From the NCBI GenBank assembly GCA_027295145.1, contig JAPULJ010000119.1, positions 1-51,508 of the forward strand: a stretch of 51,508 nucleotides of DNA, written 5' to 3'. A model generated the notes under the pieces. That model did no database searches and had not been told where the DNA came from. It saw nothing but the letters and a program-made list of their open reading frames with translations. Made by a program: the position numbers and the translations under genes. The DNA is from Alphaproteobacteria bacterium. GTDB taxonomy: Bacteria; Pseudomonadota; Alphaproteobacteria; JAPULJ01. Shown piece by piece: positions 38,140-47,872 of this stretch (within the stretch, counting starts at the first letter, position 1; each line of letters opens with the position of its first letter).

Positions 38140-38287
38140 AGCACGATTTTGTCAAGTGGATACGGTTTGATGGGGCGAAGAGGCTCTTCGGATGCGTCGC
38201 GAGGCTTGCCCGATACCCCGCCTACTCCTGCGCGAAGGGCCGTTTGGCCCCATCAAACCGTGACCAGTTAACATGATCATGCTCCAG
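38136..38287 (+). ncRNA. ssrS: candidate 6S RNA: ~150-nt rod-like hairpin directly after zapA
   Basis: Positions 38136-38176 pair with 38247-38287 with no indels. A perfect 15-bp core (acggtttgatggggc / gccccatcaaaccgt) is flanked by further pairs interrupted only by single mismatches. The 70-nt interior can form a bubble plus a terminal stem (tcgcgagg / cct-g-cgcga) and is flanked by GC-rich pairs. The zapA-ssrS-ygfA synteny is established knowledge. Confidence 0.5.
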
Positions 38288-38462
38288 CCATTCAACGCCG
38301 CCTTGCTTGGTTAAAGCCGATGGTATGTTAGCGTAAACGTTGCTTCGCAGGGCTAAATGTGCATTCGTTAGCAAATCATTTCGCCTTCCGTCGGCGCATC
38401 GCCTTGTGGGACGCGTCGAAGAGAGAGGCACGTTGGATTCTATTTAGGTAATTGAGGGGGCC

Positions 38463-39518
38463 GTGAATCGGGGGAGGCCGGTGCCAAGCGAAGTGCGATC
38501 GACCAGCGCCTATGCTTTGCCGCCAAACGCAGAATGGATGGACCTGCCGCCCGATACGGCGCGCAGGCACCCTTTGTATGGGGTCAGTGGTTGGCTAATA
38601 TTTTTTGTTTTCCTGTTTGAATTCTTCATCATTGTCAATATCGGGAACCTCACGGTTCCTAACCAATTATACCCGATCCCAAACCAGTACCTGATATTGG
38701 CAGACACCGGATTTATGGTCGTCATTGTGGCGATGATATTGATCAAATCCCGCATCGTTGGACTTGGCGTTTGGGGTTGGGTTTGCTTCCACTTTCTTGG
38801 ATTGATTTTCGCCTACTCGGAGTTCGGTGCGGACGGCGTGGTCAGCGCGCAAGAGAAGATGATCATCGGCGCTTACGCCATCGCATTTTTCCTGAGAGAC
38901 ATTCCAATTGCCTGGTATTTTACGTCATCGAGGCGCGTAAACATCACCATGTGCGGCCGCGCGCGGCCAAACGACAACTTCCTTCGCGAAATCGATCGGT
39001 CCCGCTCGAACGGTCTGGACCACGCCGAAAATTCCGAGCGAGACAATCCCGCGCGGGACGATCCCGCGCCGGGTGTGCCGAACGGCCCCCAAACCAAGGC
39101 CCGACCCCAAACCAAAGCGCGATACCAAACCAAGGAATGTCCGGCCTGTGCCGAAATCATAAAAACCCAGGCACTCGCCTGCCGCTACTGCGGCTACCAT
39201 TTCCTCAACGGCGGTTCGCCGGCCGAACCGTCCAATAGCGAAGTCGATCCGGTGATCGATACAAGTAACGCTGTGAAATCCACGGAGAAGATTGATGTTC
39301 CGGTGGTGACGAACTCGGTCGGCCTCGTCGAGTATAGAGGATTCTTCATCGCCGAGATGGAAAGCGGAAAATTTCAAATCCTGAGCGAAAATGGTGAGAA
39401 ACTAAAAAAGTCGGGCGACTACGATAGCAGCGAATACGCCATGGCGACGCTCGACTACTTCATCACCATCGCAGTTGAACTGATGTCCTACCCCGCCACC
39501 CTCCCGAGGAGCGACTGA
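38463..39518 (+). CDS. orphan membrane protein: 4 TM (DUF2569-like) + PQTKAR repeats + zinc ribbon + unknown C-terminal domain
   Basis: Visibly AT-richer than its surroundings. Four hydrophobic helices begin with GVSGWLIFFVFLFEFFIIV. The motif CPACAEIIKTQALACRYCGYHF is a zinc ribbon. The start is GTG 38463 or ATG 38538. Confidence 0.65.
   Translation: MNRGRPVPSEVRSTSAYALPPNAEWMDLPPDTARRHPLYGVSGWLIFFVFLFEFFIIVNIGNLTVPNQLYPIPNQYLILADTGFMVVIVAMILIKSRIVGLGVWGWVCFHFLGLIFAYSEFGADGVVSAQEKMIIGAYAIAFFLRDIPIAWYFTSSRRVNITMCGRARPNDNFLREIDRSRSNGLDHAENSERDNPARDDPAPGVPNGPQTKARPQTKARYQTKECPACAEIIKTQALACRYCGYHFLNGGSPAEPSNSEVDPVIDTSNAVKSTEKIDVPVVTNSVGLVEYRGFFIAEMESGKFQILSENGEKLKKSGDYDSSEYAMATLDYFITIAVELMSYPATLPRSD
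39087..39140 (+). repeat. 3 x 18-bp in-frame tandem repeat
   Basis: The units are ccccaaaccaaggcccga, ccccaaaccaaagcgcga and taccaaaccaaggaatgt, encoding PQTKAR-PQTKAR-YQTKEC. Confidence 0.8.
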
Positions 39519-39714
39519 CGGGACATTTTCATGTTCCCCCAGACGCCGGGCGCCGCCTTTTGGATAGAGCTAAGTTGACCGAGAGTGAGGTATGCTCCGC
39601 TCATCCTAAGGAGCGGTCGTAACCCGCGTCTCGATGAACGCGCCTGTCTCCACTGGGCCGAAAGTGTTATGTCGGCATCCGTTCACGGGCACTAAGCCCA
39701 TGGAGGAGCACGCG

Positions 39715-40341
39715 ATGATGCCTGGCGGACCCACGCGCATCGAAGCTAAATCAGTCCTACGCGCCACCGCTCGGGCACGCCGCGCAACGGCCCACGCCGA
39801 TTTGGCCGACCGCGCAGGGGACAGCGCCCGCGACAATCTCCTCGCCGCGATTGAGGTCGCGACAGGGATGGTCCTTGGTGGCTACTGGCCCTTCCGCGAC
39901 GAGATCGATTCGCGGCCGCTGTTCCATCATTTTCACGCGCGAGGGCACGAGTGTGGGCTGCCGGTCATCATAGGAGCGAGCGCCGGCGTGAAGGTACGCC
40001 CACTGATATTCCGGCCTTGGCGCCCTGAGATGAAGCTCGCCAAGGGTCGCCTTGGCGAACCCGTGCCGGCGCCCGATGCCGACTATGGAACCGGCGAGTT
40101 GATCCCCGACATTCTCCTTGTCCCGCTCCTCGCCTTCGATCTTCACGGCTATCGCATTGGCTATGGCGGCGGCCACTTCGACGCCACAATTGCTAGTCTT
40201 CGCGCGGCCAAGCCCATCCTCGCGGTCGGGCTGGCCTACAGCGCCCAGGAGATCGACATCGTGCCCCGCGAACCTCACGACCAGCGCCTCGACTGGATCG
40301 TGACCGAACACGGCGTGCACCAAATCGAAAAGGACGGCTGA
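39715..40341 (+). CDS. 5-formyltetrahydrofolate cyclo-ligase
   Basis: ATG 39715 follows GGAGGAG. The GYGGGHFD motif and LLVPLLAFDLHGYRIG are present. Length is 208 aa. Confidence 0.82.
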   Translation: MMPGGPTRIEAKSVLRATARARRATAHADLADRAGDSARDNLLAAIEVATGMVLGGYWPFRDEIDSRPLFHHFHARGHECGLPVIIGASAGVKVRPLIFRPWRPEMKLAKGRLGEPVPAPDADYGTGELIPDILLVPLLAFDLHGYRIGYGGGHFDATIASLRAAKPILAVGLAYSAQEIDIVPREPHDQRLDWIVTEHGVHQIEKDG

Positions 40342-41156
40342 TGCGTATCCTCTACTTCGGCGACGTCGTTGGACGCTCGGGGCGGGAGCCGGTCATCGCC
40401 CGGTTGGCTGAACTGCGTAAGACTCTCAAGCTCGACTTTGTCCTTGCTTGTGGCGAGAACGCAGCCGGTGGCTTTGGCATTACCGCGAAAATTTGCCGGC
40501 AGTTCTACGAAGCCGGGGTGGACTGTATCACCCTGGGCAACCACGCCTGGGACCAGCGCGAAATTATCGGCCATATCGACGGCGATCCGCGTCTCATACG
40601 GCCGCTCAACTACCCCAAGGGAACGCCCGGCCGCGGCGCCAAGGTTTACGAGACGGCAGGCGGGCGCAAGGTGCTGGTGGTGCAGGTCATGACCCGGCTA
40701 TTCATGGACCCGCTCGACGATCCCTTTCCTGCCCTCGACCGGGTACTCGGCCAACACCGGCTTGGCGCAGCCGTCGATGCGGTCATCGTCGACATGCACG
40801 GCGAGGCCAGCAGCGAGAAGATGGCGCTCGGTCATTTCTGCGACGGCCGCGCTTCAATGGCGGTCGGCACTCATACACATGTGCCGACGGCCGACGCCCA
40901 GATCCTCCCCGGCGGCACCGCCTACCAAACCGATATCGGCATGTGCGGAGACTACGATTCGGTGATCGGCATGAAGAAGGAGATCGCCTTGCCCCGCTTC
41001 ATCCGCAAAATGCCGGGCGAACGGCTGGCCCCGGCCGACGGCGAAGGAACGCTGTGCGCGATCTTTGTCGAGACCGACGATGCCACCGGGCTGGCCCGTC
41101 GGATCGCACCGGTGCGTTTGGGCGGTCGGCTCGAGGAGGCGATGCCGACGCTCTGA
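40341..41156 (+). CDS. YmdB-family metallophosphoesterase (TIGR00282-like)
   Basis: ATGA overlap with the preceding gene. MRILYFGDVVGRSGRE...ENAAGGFGIT...GNHAWDQRE...DMHGEASSEK. Confidence 0.88.
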   Translation: MRILYFGDVVGRSGREPVIARLAELRKTLKLDFVLACGENAAGGFGITAKICRQFYEAGVDCITLGNHAWDQREIIGHIDGDPRLIRPLNYPKGTPGRGAKVYETAGGRKVLVVQVMTRLFMDPLDDPFPALDRVLGQHRLGAAVDAVIVDMHGEASSEKMALGHFCDGRASMAVGTHTHVPTADAQILPGGTAYQTDIGMCGDYDSVIGMKKEIALPRFIRKMPGERLAPADGEGTLCAIFVETDDATGLARRIAPVRLGGRLEEAMPTL

Positions 41157-41230
41157 TAGGGGTTCAATTTGGCCCCAACAAATAGCGGCAGGACGCCGGG
41201 CACGAACCACATTCACTCCGGGAGGGGAAA

Positions 41231-41458
41231 ATGCAGGACTTCTTGACATTCAAACGAATGATGACGCCGATCATCATTCAGGTTCTGTTCTGGGTCGGCA
41301 GCGTGTTCTATGTCGTCTACGGGCTCTACACCATGACCCAAGGCGGTATGGCGATCATCTTTGGCTTGCTTATGGTGATCCTCGGCCCGATCTTCGTCCG
41401 CGTGGTATGCGAGCTCATCATCATCGTCTTTCGCATCGAGGAGAACACGCGCAAGTGA
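41231..41458 (+). CDS. small two-TM membrane protein, DUF4282-like
   Basis: RBS GGAGGGG. FLTFKRMMTPIIIQVLFWVGSV... is followed by a second helix. Length is 75 aa. Confidence 0.65.
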   Translation: MQDFLTFKRMMTPIIIQVLFWVGSVFYVVYGLYTMTQGGMAIIFGLLMVILGPIFVRVVCELIIIVFRIEENTRK

Positions 41459-41541
41459 GCGAATCCGAGCCGTTTGATGGCTAATAGCAAGTATCGGTGA
41501 TATAGAGCGCAAGCATTTCCCAGCCATACCCCAGCATCAAC

Positions 41542-42291
41542 ATGGCAGGCCATTCACAGTTCAAGAACATCATGTACCGCAAGGGCGCGCAGGACAAAAA
41601 GCGCGCCCGCATATTCGCGCGCATATCGCGCGAGATCATCGTCGCCGCCCGCGAGGGCGGACCCGACGCCGAGGCCAATCCCCGCCTGCGCGGCGCCATC
41701 GCTTCGGCCCGTGCCGCCAACATGCCCAAGGACAATATTGAGCGGGCGATCAAGCGCGCCACCGGTGGCGACGACGGAACGACTTACGACGAAGTGCGTT
41801 ACGAGGGATACGGACCGGGCGGCGTTGCAATTATCGTCGAGGCGCTGACCGACAACCGAAACCGTACGGCCTCGGCCGTACGAACTGCCTTCGCCAAGGC
41901 CGGCGGCGCCATGGGTGAGACCGGCAGCGTCGCTTTTATGTTCGAGCGGGTGGGCAGCATCGCTTATGGCCCAGAAGTGGCGAGTGACGACGCGATGTTC
42001 GAGGCGGCGCTGGAAGCCGGCGCGAGCGATGTTGAATCGGGTGCTGACGGCCACGAGATCACCTGCGCGCCCGGCGACCTGCATACAGTTCGCGAGACGT
42101 TGGATTCCCAATTCGGTGCGCCCGAGCGCGCCGAGCTTGCGTGGAAACCAACAACAACGGCACCGGTGGGCGCAGACGAAGCCGGACCACTATTCCGCCT
42201 GCTCGAAACGCTCGACGACAGCGACGATGTACAACGAGTGTCGGCGAATTTCGAAGTCTCCAACGAGGTGATGCAGGTGCTTGGCGCCTGA
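41542..42291 (+). CDS. yebC: YebC/PmpR-family DNA-binding transcriptional regulator
   Basis: [26 protein letters not shown]..., 249 aa, positioned upstream of ruvCAB. Confidence 0.93.
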   Translation: MAGHSQFKNIMYRKGAQDKKRARIFARISREIIVAAREGGPDAEANPRLRGAIASARAANMPKDNIERAIKRATGGDDGTTYDEVRYEGYGPGGVAIIVEALTDNRNRTASAVRTAFAKAGGAMGETGSVAFMFERVGSIAYGPEVASDDAMFEAALEAGASDVESGADGHEITCAPGDLHTVRETLDSQFGAPERAELAWKPTTTAPVGADEAGPLFRLLETLDDSDDVQRVSANFEVSNEVMQVLGA

Positions 42292-42335
42292 ACCGTCCCG
42301 GACTTTCTCGGGCCACAAGAAACGGGGAAGCAAAC

Positions 42336-42755
42336 TTGCGCGTTTACAAGGCCAAGATCACGGTCGAGTGGGCTCATTGCGACGCTGCCGGGATCGTTTT
42401 CTATCCGCATTTCTACATCTGGTTCGACCAAGCAACCGAGCGTCTGTTCTCAGCCAACGGCCTGTCCTACGCAGAGCTTGACCGCCAATTCAACTCTTCG
42501 GGAATGCCCCTTCTGGAGACAGGTGCAAAATACACCAACGCTTGCTCTCTCGGCGACGAGCTGAGCCTCGAGAGTTGGGTCGATGAGTGGTCGGGCAAGA
42601 CCTTCGTGGTCAAGCACAAGTTGACCCATTCCGACGGCCGGCCGGCACTCGAAGGTTTCGAGCGCCGGGTCTGGATACAGCGCTCCGACGACACTCCCAA
42701 AGGTATGCGTGCGATCCTGGTGCCCGAAGACGTGAAAGCCCGCTTCAATGATTAA
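42336..42755 (+). CDS. acyl-CoA thioesterase, 4HBT/YbgC-like hotdog fold
   Basis: From TTG 42336 the sequence is LRVYKAKITVEWAHCDAAGIVFYPHFYIWFDQA.. (139 aa). The ORF-track start at 42141 overlaps yebC and is unlikely. Confidence 0.75.
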   Translation: MRVYKAKITVEWAHCDAAGIVFYPHFYIWFDQATERLFSANGLSYAELDRQFNSSGMPLLETGAKYTNACSLGDELSLESWVDEWSGKTFVVKHKLTHSDGRPALEGFERRVWIQRSDDTPKGMRAILVPEDVKARFND

Positions 42756-42904
42756 GCATCGAGAGCGGTTGCCCACCCCACCTCTCGTCACTCCTCTCCC
42801 CCGGACATAATGGCGTGCGGAGGGTGGCGCTTGGGGGACATGAAATAGTCAGCGTCCGCGGCCACTCAGCGGCGGAAGGAACAGACAACAAATACAATCT
42901 ATCT

Positions 42905-45900
42905 TCAGCTTGCCCTCGGCTGGGCTAGCCGGCGTTTGTCTGTGAGAACCCGTTCGGGCGGCAAGGTAAAGCTCACGCTGGTGCCTTTGCCTAATTCGCT
43001 GTCGATGCGCAACTCCCCGCCATGCAGCTCGACCAGAGATTTTACCAGCGGTAGCCCGAGACCGGTCCCCGCATGTTTTCGAGTCATCGAGCTGTCGGCC
43101 TGACCAAAAGGCGCGAGCGCTTTTTCGATACCTCCGGCCTCCATACCCAGGCCGTTGTCGGTCACCGATATCGTCAACCCATCCTTCCCCATCCGTCCTG
43201 CATTGAGTGTTATCAGGCCGCCAGGCTTGGTGAACTTGACAGCGTTGGATAGCAGGTTGAGCAGGATCTGCTTGTGCGCCCGCTCATCGACATAGAGCAT
43301 TGGGAGATTGTCCTCGAGATTGACTTCCAGCGTCAGCTCCGCCGAGAGCATGCGCTCGCGGATGACCCGCACCGACGACTCCACGATGTCGGCAAAATCG
43401 ACCTCTTCCTCATGCAGTTCCATGCCCCCGGCCTCGATTTTCGAGAGATCGAGGATGTCGTTGATCAGGCTCAGGAGGTGCGAGCCACTGTCGTGGATAT
43501 CAGCTGCGTACTGCTTGTACTGTGGCGTGCCGATGGGCCCCAGCAACTCGCTGCTCATGATTTCCGAGAAGCCGATGACGGCATTCAGCGGAGTTCGCAA
43601 CTCATGGCTCATATTGGCCAGGAAATCGGACTTCGCTTTGCTCGCGGCGCTGGATTCGTCACGCGCCTGGACCAGATGCTGGGCAAGCTCGCGAAGCTGT
43701 GAGCCTTGGGTTTCGAGCTGCAGCTGCATTTCCTCAAGCTCGGCAACCCGACGGCTTAGTTCGGACTGGCTTTTCCGCAACGCCGCCTCGCGCTGTTTGT
43801 GCTCGGTTATATCGGCGCGCACGCCAACCGTCCCACCTTCCCGGGTTTGCCGCTCGACAATCCTCAGCCAGCGCCCGTCGCTTAGCTTCTGCTCGATCAC
43901 GTCGCCGGGGTTGCGGTGCAGCGCCAGCCGCTCGCGGAGGAATTCCTTGGCCCGCCCTTCGGCCTCGGCGTACTGGCCGCATTCGATCCCTGACCGGATG
44001 ATGTCCTCGAACCGGGCGCCGATCCTGACCGCTCCGACGGTCATCGCGTAGAATTCGGTATATTTCTCGTTGAAGATAACGAGGCGGTCTTCGGCGTCGA
44101 ACAGCGCGAAGGCTTCGGGCAGGCTCTCGACCGCATCGCGCAGCCGAGTCTCGGCCCGCTTGAGAGCGGTAATGTCGGTATGGATACCGACGATCCCGCC
44201 CTCACGGGTTCGCCGTTCGCTGACCATTATCCAGCGCCCGTCCTTCATCTCGTGCTCGAAAGGCTCCTCGATCGGGTTCCGGTGGCGCTCCAGCCGGCGT
44301 CTCAGCCATTTCTCCGGGTTCTTTTTGGCCAGCTGGTCGAGGACTTGGCCGTCCTTCATAGCGATCCGGGCCAACTCCTCAATTCTACAACCGACGACGC
44401 CCTTGGTTCTGTGCATAAAATTGTATATCTCGAGATATTGCTCGTTGCACATAATGAGGCGTTCGTCGGCGCCGAAGAGAACAAACCCGTCTCTGATGCT
44501 ATCTATCCCGTGACGAAGCTGCTGCTCGGCGCGGTGGACCCGATCCTCGGCTTGCTTGCGCTCGGTCACGTCAATCAAAACGTTCTGGGTCGCCGATATT
44601 CCCTCCCACTCGATGAGCCTGGGCTGGTTGTGCAACCAGAAGGTCGATCCGTCCTTGCGCCGGGCCTCGAACTCGTAGTTCTGGGGCGCCTCTTCGTCGC
44701 CACGCACACGCGCGTCGTGAAAGCGCATCAGGCGCTCGCGATCGTCATTTGCAATCAGGCCCTTACTATGGCCGATGGTCAACATGTCGGCGGGATCGTT
44801 GTAGCCGAACATGTCAGCTACAGCTTGATTGGCGAAGACGGCCACCATATCCTTATCGACGATGAGGATGCCCTGGATCGAGCCTTCGACGAGATAGCGG
44901 AACTTCTGTTCGCTGAGGCGAACCGCTTCTTCGGCCCGTTTACGCTCGGTGATATCCGTATAGGTGACAACCGAGCCGCCGCCGCCGAGTGGCGCGTCGC
45001 GGACTTCGAGAACCGTTCCATCGGCCAATTGGCGCTCAAATTTGTGGGCTTTTTTGCCTTTCGCCAGTTTCTTGTATTTGGCGGCCAGCTGCGACGGCTT
45101 GCCGGGACCATAGTCGCCGCGTTCGGCCGACAATTCGATCACGTCACCAAAGGAGCAGCCGACCGATAGCATCTTGCGGGGAAAGCCGAGAAGCGTTGCC
45201 AAATTGTTGTTTGACGCAAGGATCGTTAGATCCTTATCGAAGGCGACGAGCCCTTGCGCCATATTCTCGAAAGTTACTTGCAGCAGGCGCGATTGCGCGG
45301 CCATATTCACTTCATGCTGCCGCAGATCGGTAATGTCGGTCAGCACGCTGATGGTGCCCCCGTCCTCGGTTCGGCGCTCTAATACGCGCACGAAGCGTCC
45401 GTCCGCGAAAACGATCTCAGCCGAATTTTTGGGATTGCGGTGCTGCTTAAGACCGGCACGCACCCATGATCGGCGGCGCGCCGCGCTGACCGGACCGAGC
45501 ACCACATCTGCGCTCATCTCGATTAATTCGTCGAACTTCATACCTGGAACGATTTCATTCTCGCGTCCTGGACCCATCCACTCCCGGTAAAGGCTGTTGC
45601 AAACTACGAGTCGATCGTCCGCATCGCAGAAAACGATCCCCGCCGGCACGCTCTCGACCGCGTCAACGAGGCGCGTATGCGTGGCCGAGACCCGGTCTAG
45701 CAGCCGCTTGTTCTCAAGCTCGGTCCGAACGCCATCTAGGAATGTCTGGTAGCCAATGCGCGAGATGATGATTAGGGCCGCGATAAAGACGAGAACCATC
45801 ACCCCCAAAATCATCGGGGTTGAATTGCCGACGCGTAGGTAATTGATCGCGAAAGGCGTAGCCGAAGCAAGGATAAATGCGTGGCATGCTGCCGGAAATG

Positions 45901-46429
45901 ATGACATCGAGGCGACCGCGCCGGCACCCATGCCGCAGATCACGAATGCCAGGACGAGTTGCTGGAGCGGCGCATCGGGCGGAAAGAGCAAGATCGCGCC
46001 GAGGCCCCAAAGGGCACCGGCGAAGCTTGTTTGAAACACAGCGCGCCGCATCGTCGCGTTGCGGATCCTGCGCGGAGGTTCCCGGCGGATCTGGCGTCGC
46101 CAGCGCATTATGACCACAGCCCAAACCGCCCACACCAACCCCAGCCAACCGAGGAGCAGCGGTCGTGGCGTCGTCTGCCACAGAGCAATCGCAAGCAATG
46201 CCGAGTTGAGTAGGGTGACCGCAGCCATTAGCGGCGTTTGCCGAATCAAATTTGCGATCTGCCGGACCCGCGCCCGAGCCAATACGTCGGGCTCAATAGG
46301 TTCGAACTTAAGCCATGCTGCGAGCATGCGGGCCAGCGCGACCGAGCGGGCGCGAATCACGCCTCCCTTACTCCGGGTGACGGAACCTTTTCTATCGCTC
46401 GTGCCGCGTCTATTATTTCTGCTTGCCAT
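42905..46429 (-). CDS. membrane-anchored multi-PAS sensor histidine kinase
   Basis: 1174 aa. A multi-TM N-terminal region is followed by five PAS/PAC modules. HisKA is FLANMSHELRTPLNAVIGFSE and the HATPase_c region has NLLSNAVKF and GTGLGLPLV. There is no receiver domain. Confidence 0.9.
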   Translation of the reverse strand: MASRNNRRGTSDRKGSVTRSKGGVIRARSVALARMLAAWLKFEPIEPDVLARARVRQIANLIRQTPLMAAVTLLNSALLAIALWQTTPRPLLLGWLGLVWAVWAVVIMRWRRQIRREPPRRIRNATMRRAVFQTSFAGALWGLGAILLFPPDAPLQQLVLAFVICGMGAGAVASMSSFPAACHAFILASATPFAINYLRVGNSTPMILGVMVLVFIAALIIISRIGYQTFLDGVRTELENKRLLDRVSATHTRLVDAVESVPAGIVFCDADDRLVVCNSLYREWMGPGRENEIVPGMKFDELIEMSADVVLGPVSAARRRSWVRAGLKQHRNPKNSAEIVFADGRFVRVLERRTEDGGTISVLTDITDLRQHEVNMAAQSRLLQVTFENMAQGLVAFDKDLTILASNNNLATLLGFPRKMLSVGCSFGDVIELSAERGDYGPGKPSQLAAKYKKLAKGKKAHKFERQLADGTVLEVRDAPLGGGGSVVTYTDITERKRAEEAVRLSEQKFRYLVEGSIQGILIVDKDMVAVFANQAVADMFGYNDPADMLTIGHSKGLIANDDRERLMRFHDARVRGDEEAPQNYEFEARRKDGSTFWLHNQPRLIEWEGISATQNVLIDVTERKQAEDRVHRAEQQLRHGIDSIRDGFVLFGADERLIMCNEQYLEIYNFMHRTKGVVGCRIEELARIAMKDGQVLDQLAKKNPEKWLRRRLERHRNPIEEPFEHEMKDGRWIMVSERRTREGGIVGIHTDITALKRAETRLRDAVESLPEAFALFDAEDRLVIFNEKYTEFYAMTVGAVRIGARFEDIIRSGIECGQYAEAEGRAKEFLRERLALHRNPGDVIEQKLSDGRWLRIVERQTREGGTVGVRADITEHKQREAALRKSQSELSRRVAELEEMQLQLETQGSQLRELAQHLVQARDESSAASKAKSDFLANMSHELRTPLNAVIGFSEIMSSELLGPIGTPQYKQYAADIHDSGSHLLSLINDILDLSKIEAGGMELHEEEVDFADIVESSVRVIRERMLSAELTLEVNLEDNLPMLYVDERAHKQILLNLLSNAVKFTKPGGLITLNAGRMGKDGLTISVTDNGLGMEAGGIEKALAPFGQADSSMTRKHAGTGLGLPLVKSLVELHGGELRIDSELGKGTSVSFTLPPERVLTDKRRLAQPRAS

Positions 46430-46763
46430 GGGCTTTTTAAGGTCCGAAATATACGTTTATCGGACCGCTCATCACGACGTTCCGATTATTGGGTGATATT
46501 TCCCGGATATAGCAGTAACACTCTATAAATTATCGTTAACGGATCGGTCCCGTCGACGGCCAAGACGCGCCCTAATCTGGCCATATTGGACGATAGACTT
46601 GCGGGCCGCGCGGCGGCTGCGTGCCTGGGCTAGAAATTACCGGGAAGTACGCCGTCGATTGTGCTATTGGACTGGCCCGCAGCCAATAAATCGTTGGGTC
46701 GGCATGGCCGCGTGAAATCGGCCCGCCTTTCGGAGCAATTCAACGAATGACGTCCACCGGCAG

Positions 46764-47276
46764 ATGAGATTGCTCGGACTAGACCCTGGGCTCCGCCGTA
46801 CCGGGTGGGGGGTCATCGAGGTGGATGGAATCCAACTCTCCCACGTCGCCAACGGCATCGTTACCACCGACCACAAGGCGCCCCTCGCCCAGCGGCTTGC
46901 TGCGTTGTATGACGGCGTCGCTTCGGTCATTCAAGCCCACAACCCGGAGGAGGCCGCGATCGAGGAGGGCTTCGTCAACCGCAACCCGGCTTCTTCGCTC
47001 AAGCTCGGGCTCGCCCGCGGAGTTGTGTTGGTGGCGCCGGCGCGAGCTGGACTCGATGTCAACGAATATGCCGCCAATCGCGTCAAAAAAACGGTGGTCG
47101 GCGCCGGCCACGCCGACAAACGACAGATTGGCGCCATGGTCGCGATCCTCCTGCCGGGGTGCGATCCGGCTGGTGAAGACGCCGCCGACGCCCTGGCGGT
47201 CGCCATTTGCCATGCTCACCATCGAAGAGCATCGGCCGCGGTCCGCAAGGCGCTGGCGGTCGGAGCGCCCAATTGA
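46764..47276 (+). CDS. ruvC: crossover junction endodeoxyribonuclease RuvC
   Basis: [19 protein letters not shown]... and EEAFVN-type motifs, 170 aa. Confidence 0.93.
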   Translation: MRLLGLDPGLRRTGWGVIEVDGIQLSHVANGIVTTDHKAPLAQRLAALYDGVASVIQAHNPEEAAIEEGFVNRNPASSLKLGLARGVVLVAPARAGLDVNEYAANRVKKTVVGAGHADKRQIGAMVAILLPGCDPAGEDAADALAVAICHAHHRRASAAVRKALAVGAPN

Positions 47277-47872
47277 TCGCCGCGCTGAGCGGTGCGGTGC
47301 TGTATTGCGGCGCCGATCAGGCAGTGATCGATGTCGGCGGGGTCGGCTATCTCGTCTTCGCTTCGCGCCGGACGCTGGAGCGCATGCCGGCCAAAGGTGA
47401 GGCAGTGCGCGTGTTGGTCGAGACCCATGTGCGCGAGGACCATATCCATCTCTACGGTTTCATCGAGGAGTCGGAGCGCGCCTGGTTCCGCCTGCTGACC
47501 ACCGTACAGGGGGTGGGGGCGCGGGTCGCCCTGGCAATACTCTCAGTGTTGTCGGCGGACGAAATCGAGCGGGCGATCGCCGCCCAGGACAAGGCAATCA
47601 TCACACGCGCCGATGGGGTCGGCCCGAAGCTCGCTGCCCGCATTACGGCCGAGTTGAAAGACAAAGTCGGCGAGATCTCTTTTGGCGCGCCCACGAGAGG
47701 CGCGGATCAGCCGGGAGGAAACGCTTCCAGCGACGCTGTTTCAGCGTTGGTCAATCTCGGCTACGGGCGCTCCGAGGCCTTCGGCGCGATCGCCCAGGCC
47801 GCCGCAACGCTTGGCCGGACGGCGAGCATCGAGGCGCTGGTCAAGGCTGGCCTGCGGGAGCTCGGCGCATGA
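47273..47872 (+). CDS. ruvA: Holliday junction DNA helicase RuvA
   Basis: TTG 47273 overlaps the ruvC stop and gives (M)[30 protein letters not shown]..., the canonical RuvA N-terminus (199 aa). The ORF-track start at 47207 lies inside ruvC. Confidence 0.88.
   Translation: MIAALSGAVLYCGADQAVIDVGGVGYLVFASRRTLERMPAKGEAVRVLVETHVREDHIHLYGFIEESERAWFRLLTTVQGVGARVALAILSVLSADEIERAIAAQDKAIITRADGVGPKLAARITAELKDKVGEISFGAPTRGADQPGGNASSDAVSALVNLGYGRSEAFGAIAQAAATLGRTASIEALVKAGLRELGA

Noticed and set aside
38222-38570. Minus-strand ORFs 38222..38431 and 38376..38570
   Set aside because: They overlap the structured RNA candidate and the AT-rich leader of the orphan gene. Their composition is poor and no ribosome-binding site is evident.
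39519-39714. Alternative 6S RNA location immediately upstream of the cyclo-ligase gene
   Set aside because: I looked for 5'/3' end complementarity and found only short local hairpins (gggacat..atgttccc, ccgct..agcgg). There is no extended rod comparable to 38136-38287.
42756-42904. Possible bidirectional terminator between the convergent thioesterase and kinase genes
   Set aside because: Only imperfect complementarity was seen (ccaccccacctc / ggagggtgg) with no clear U-tract on either strand.
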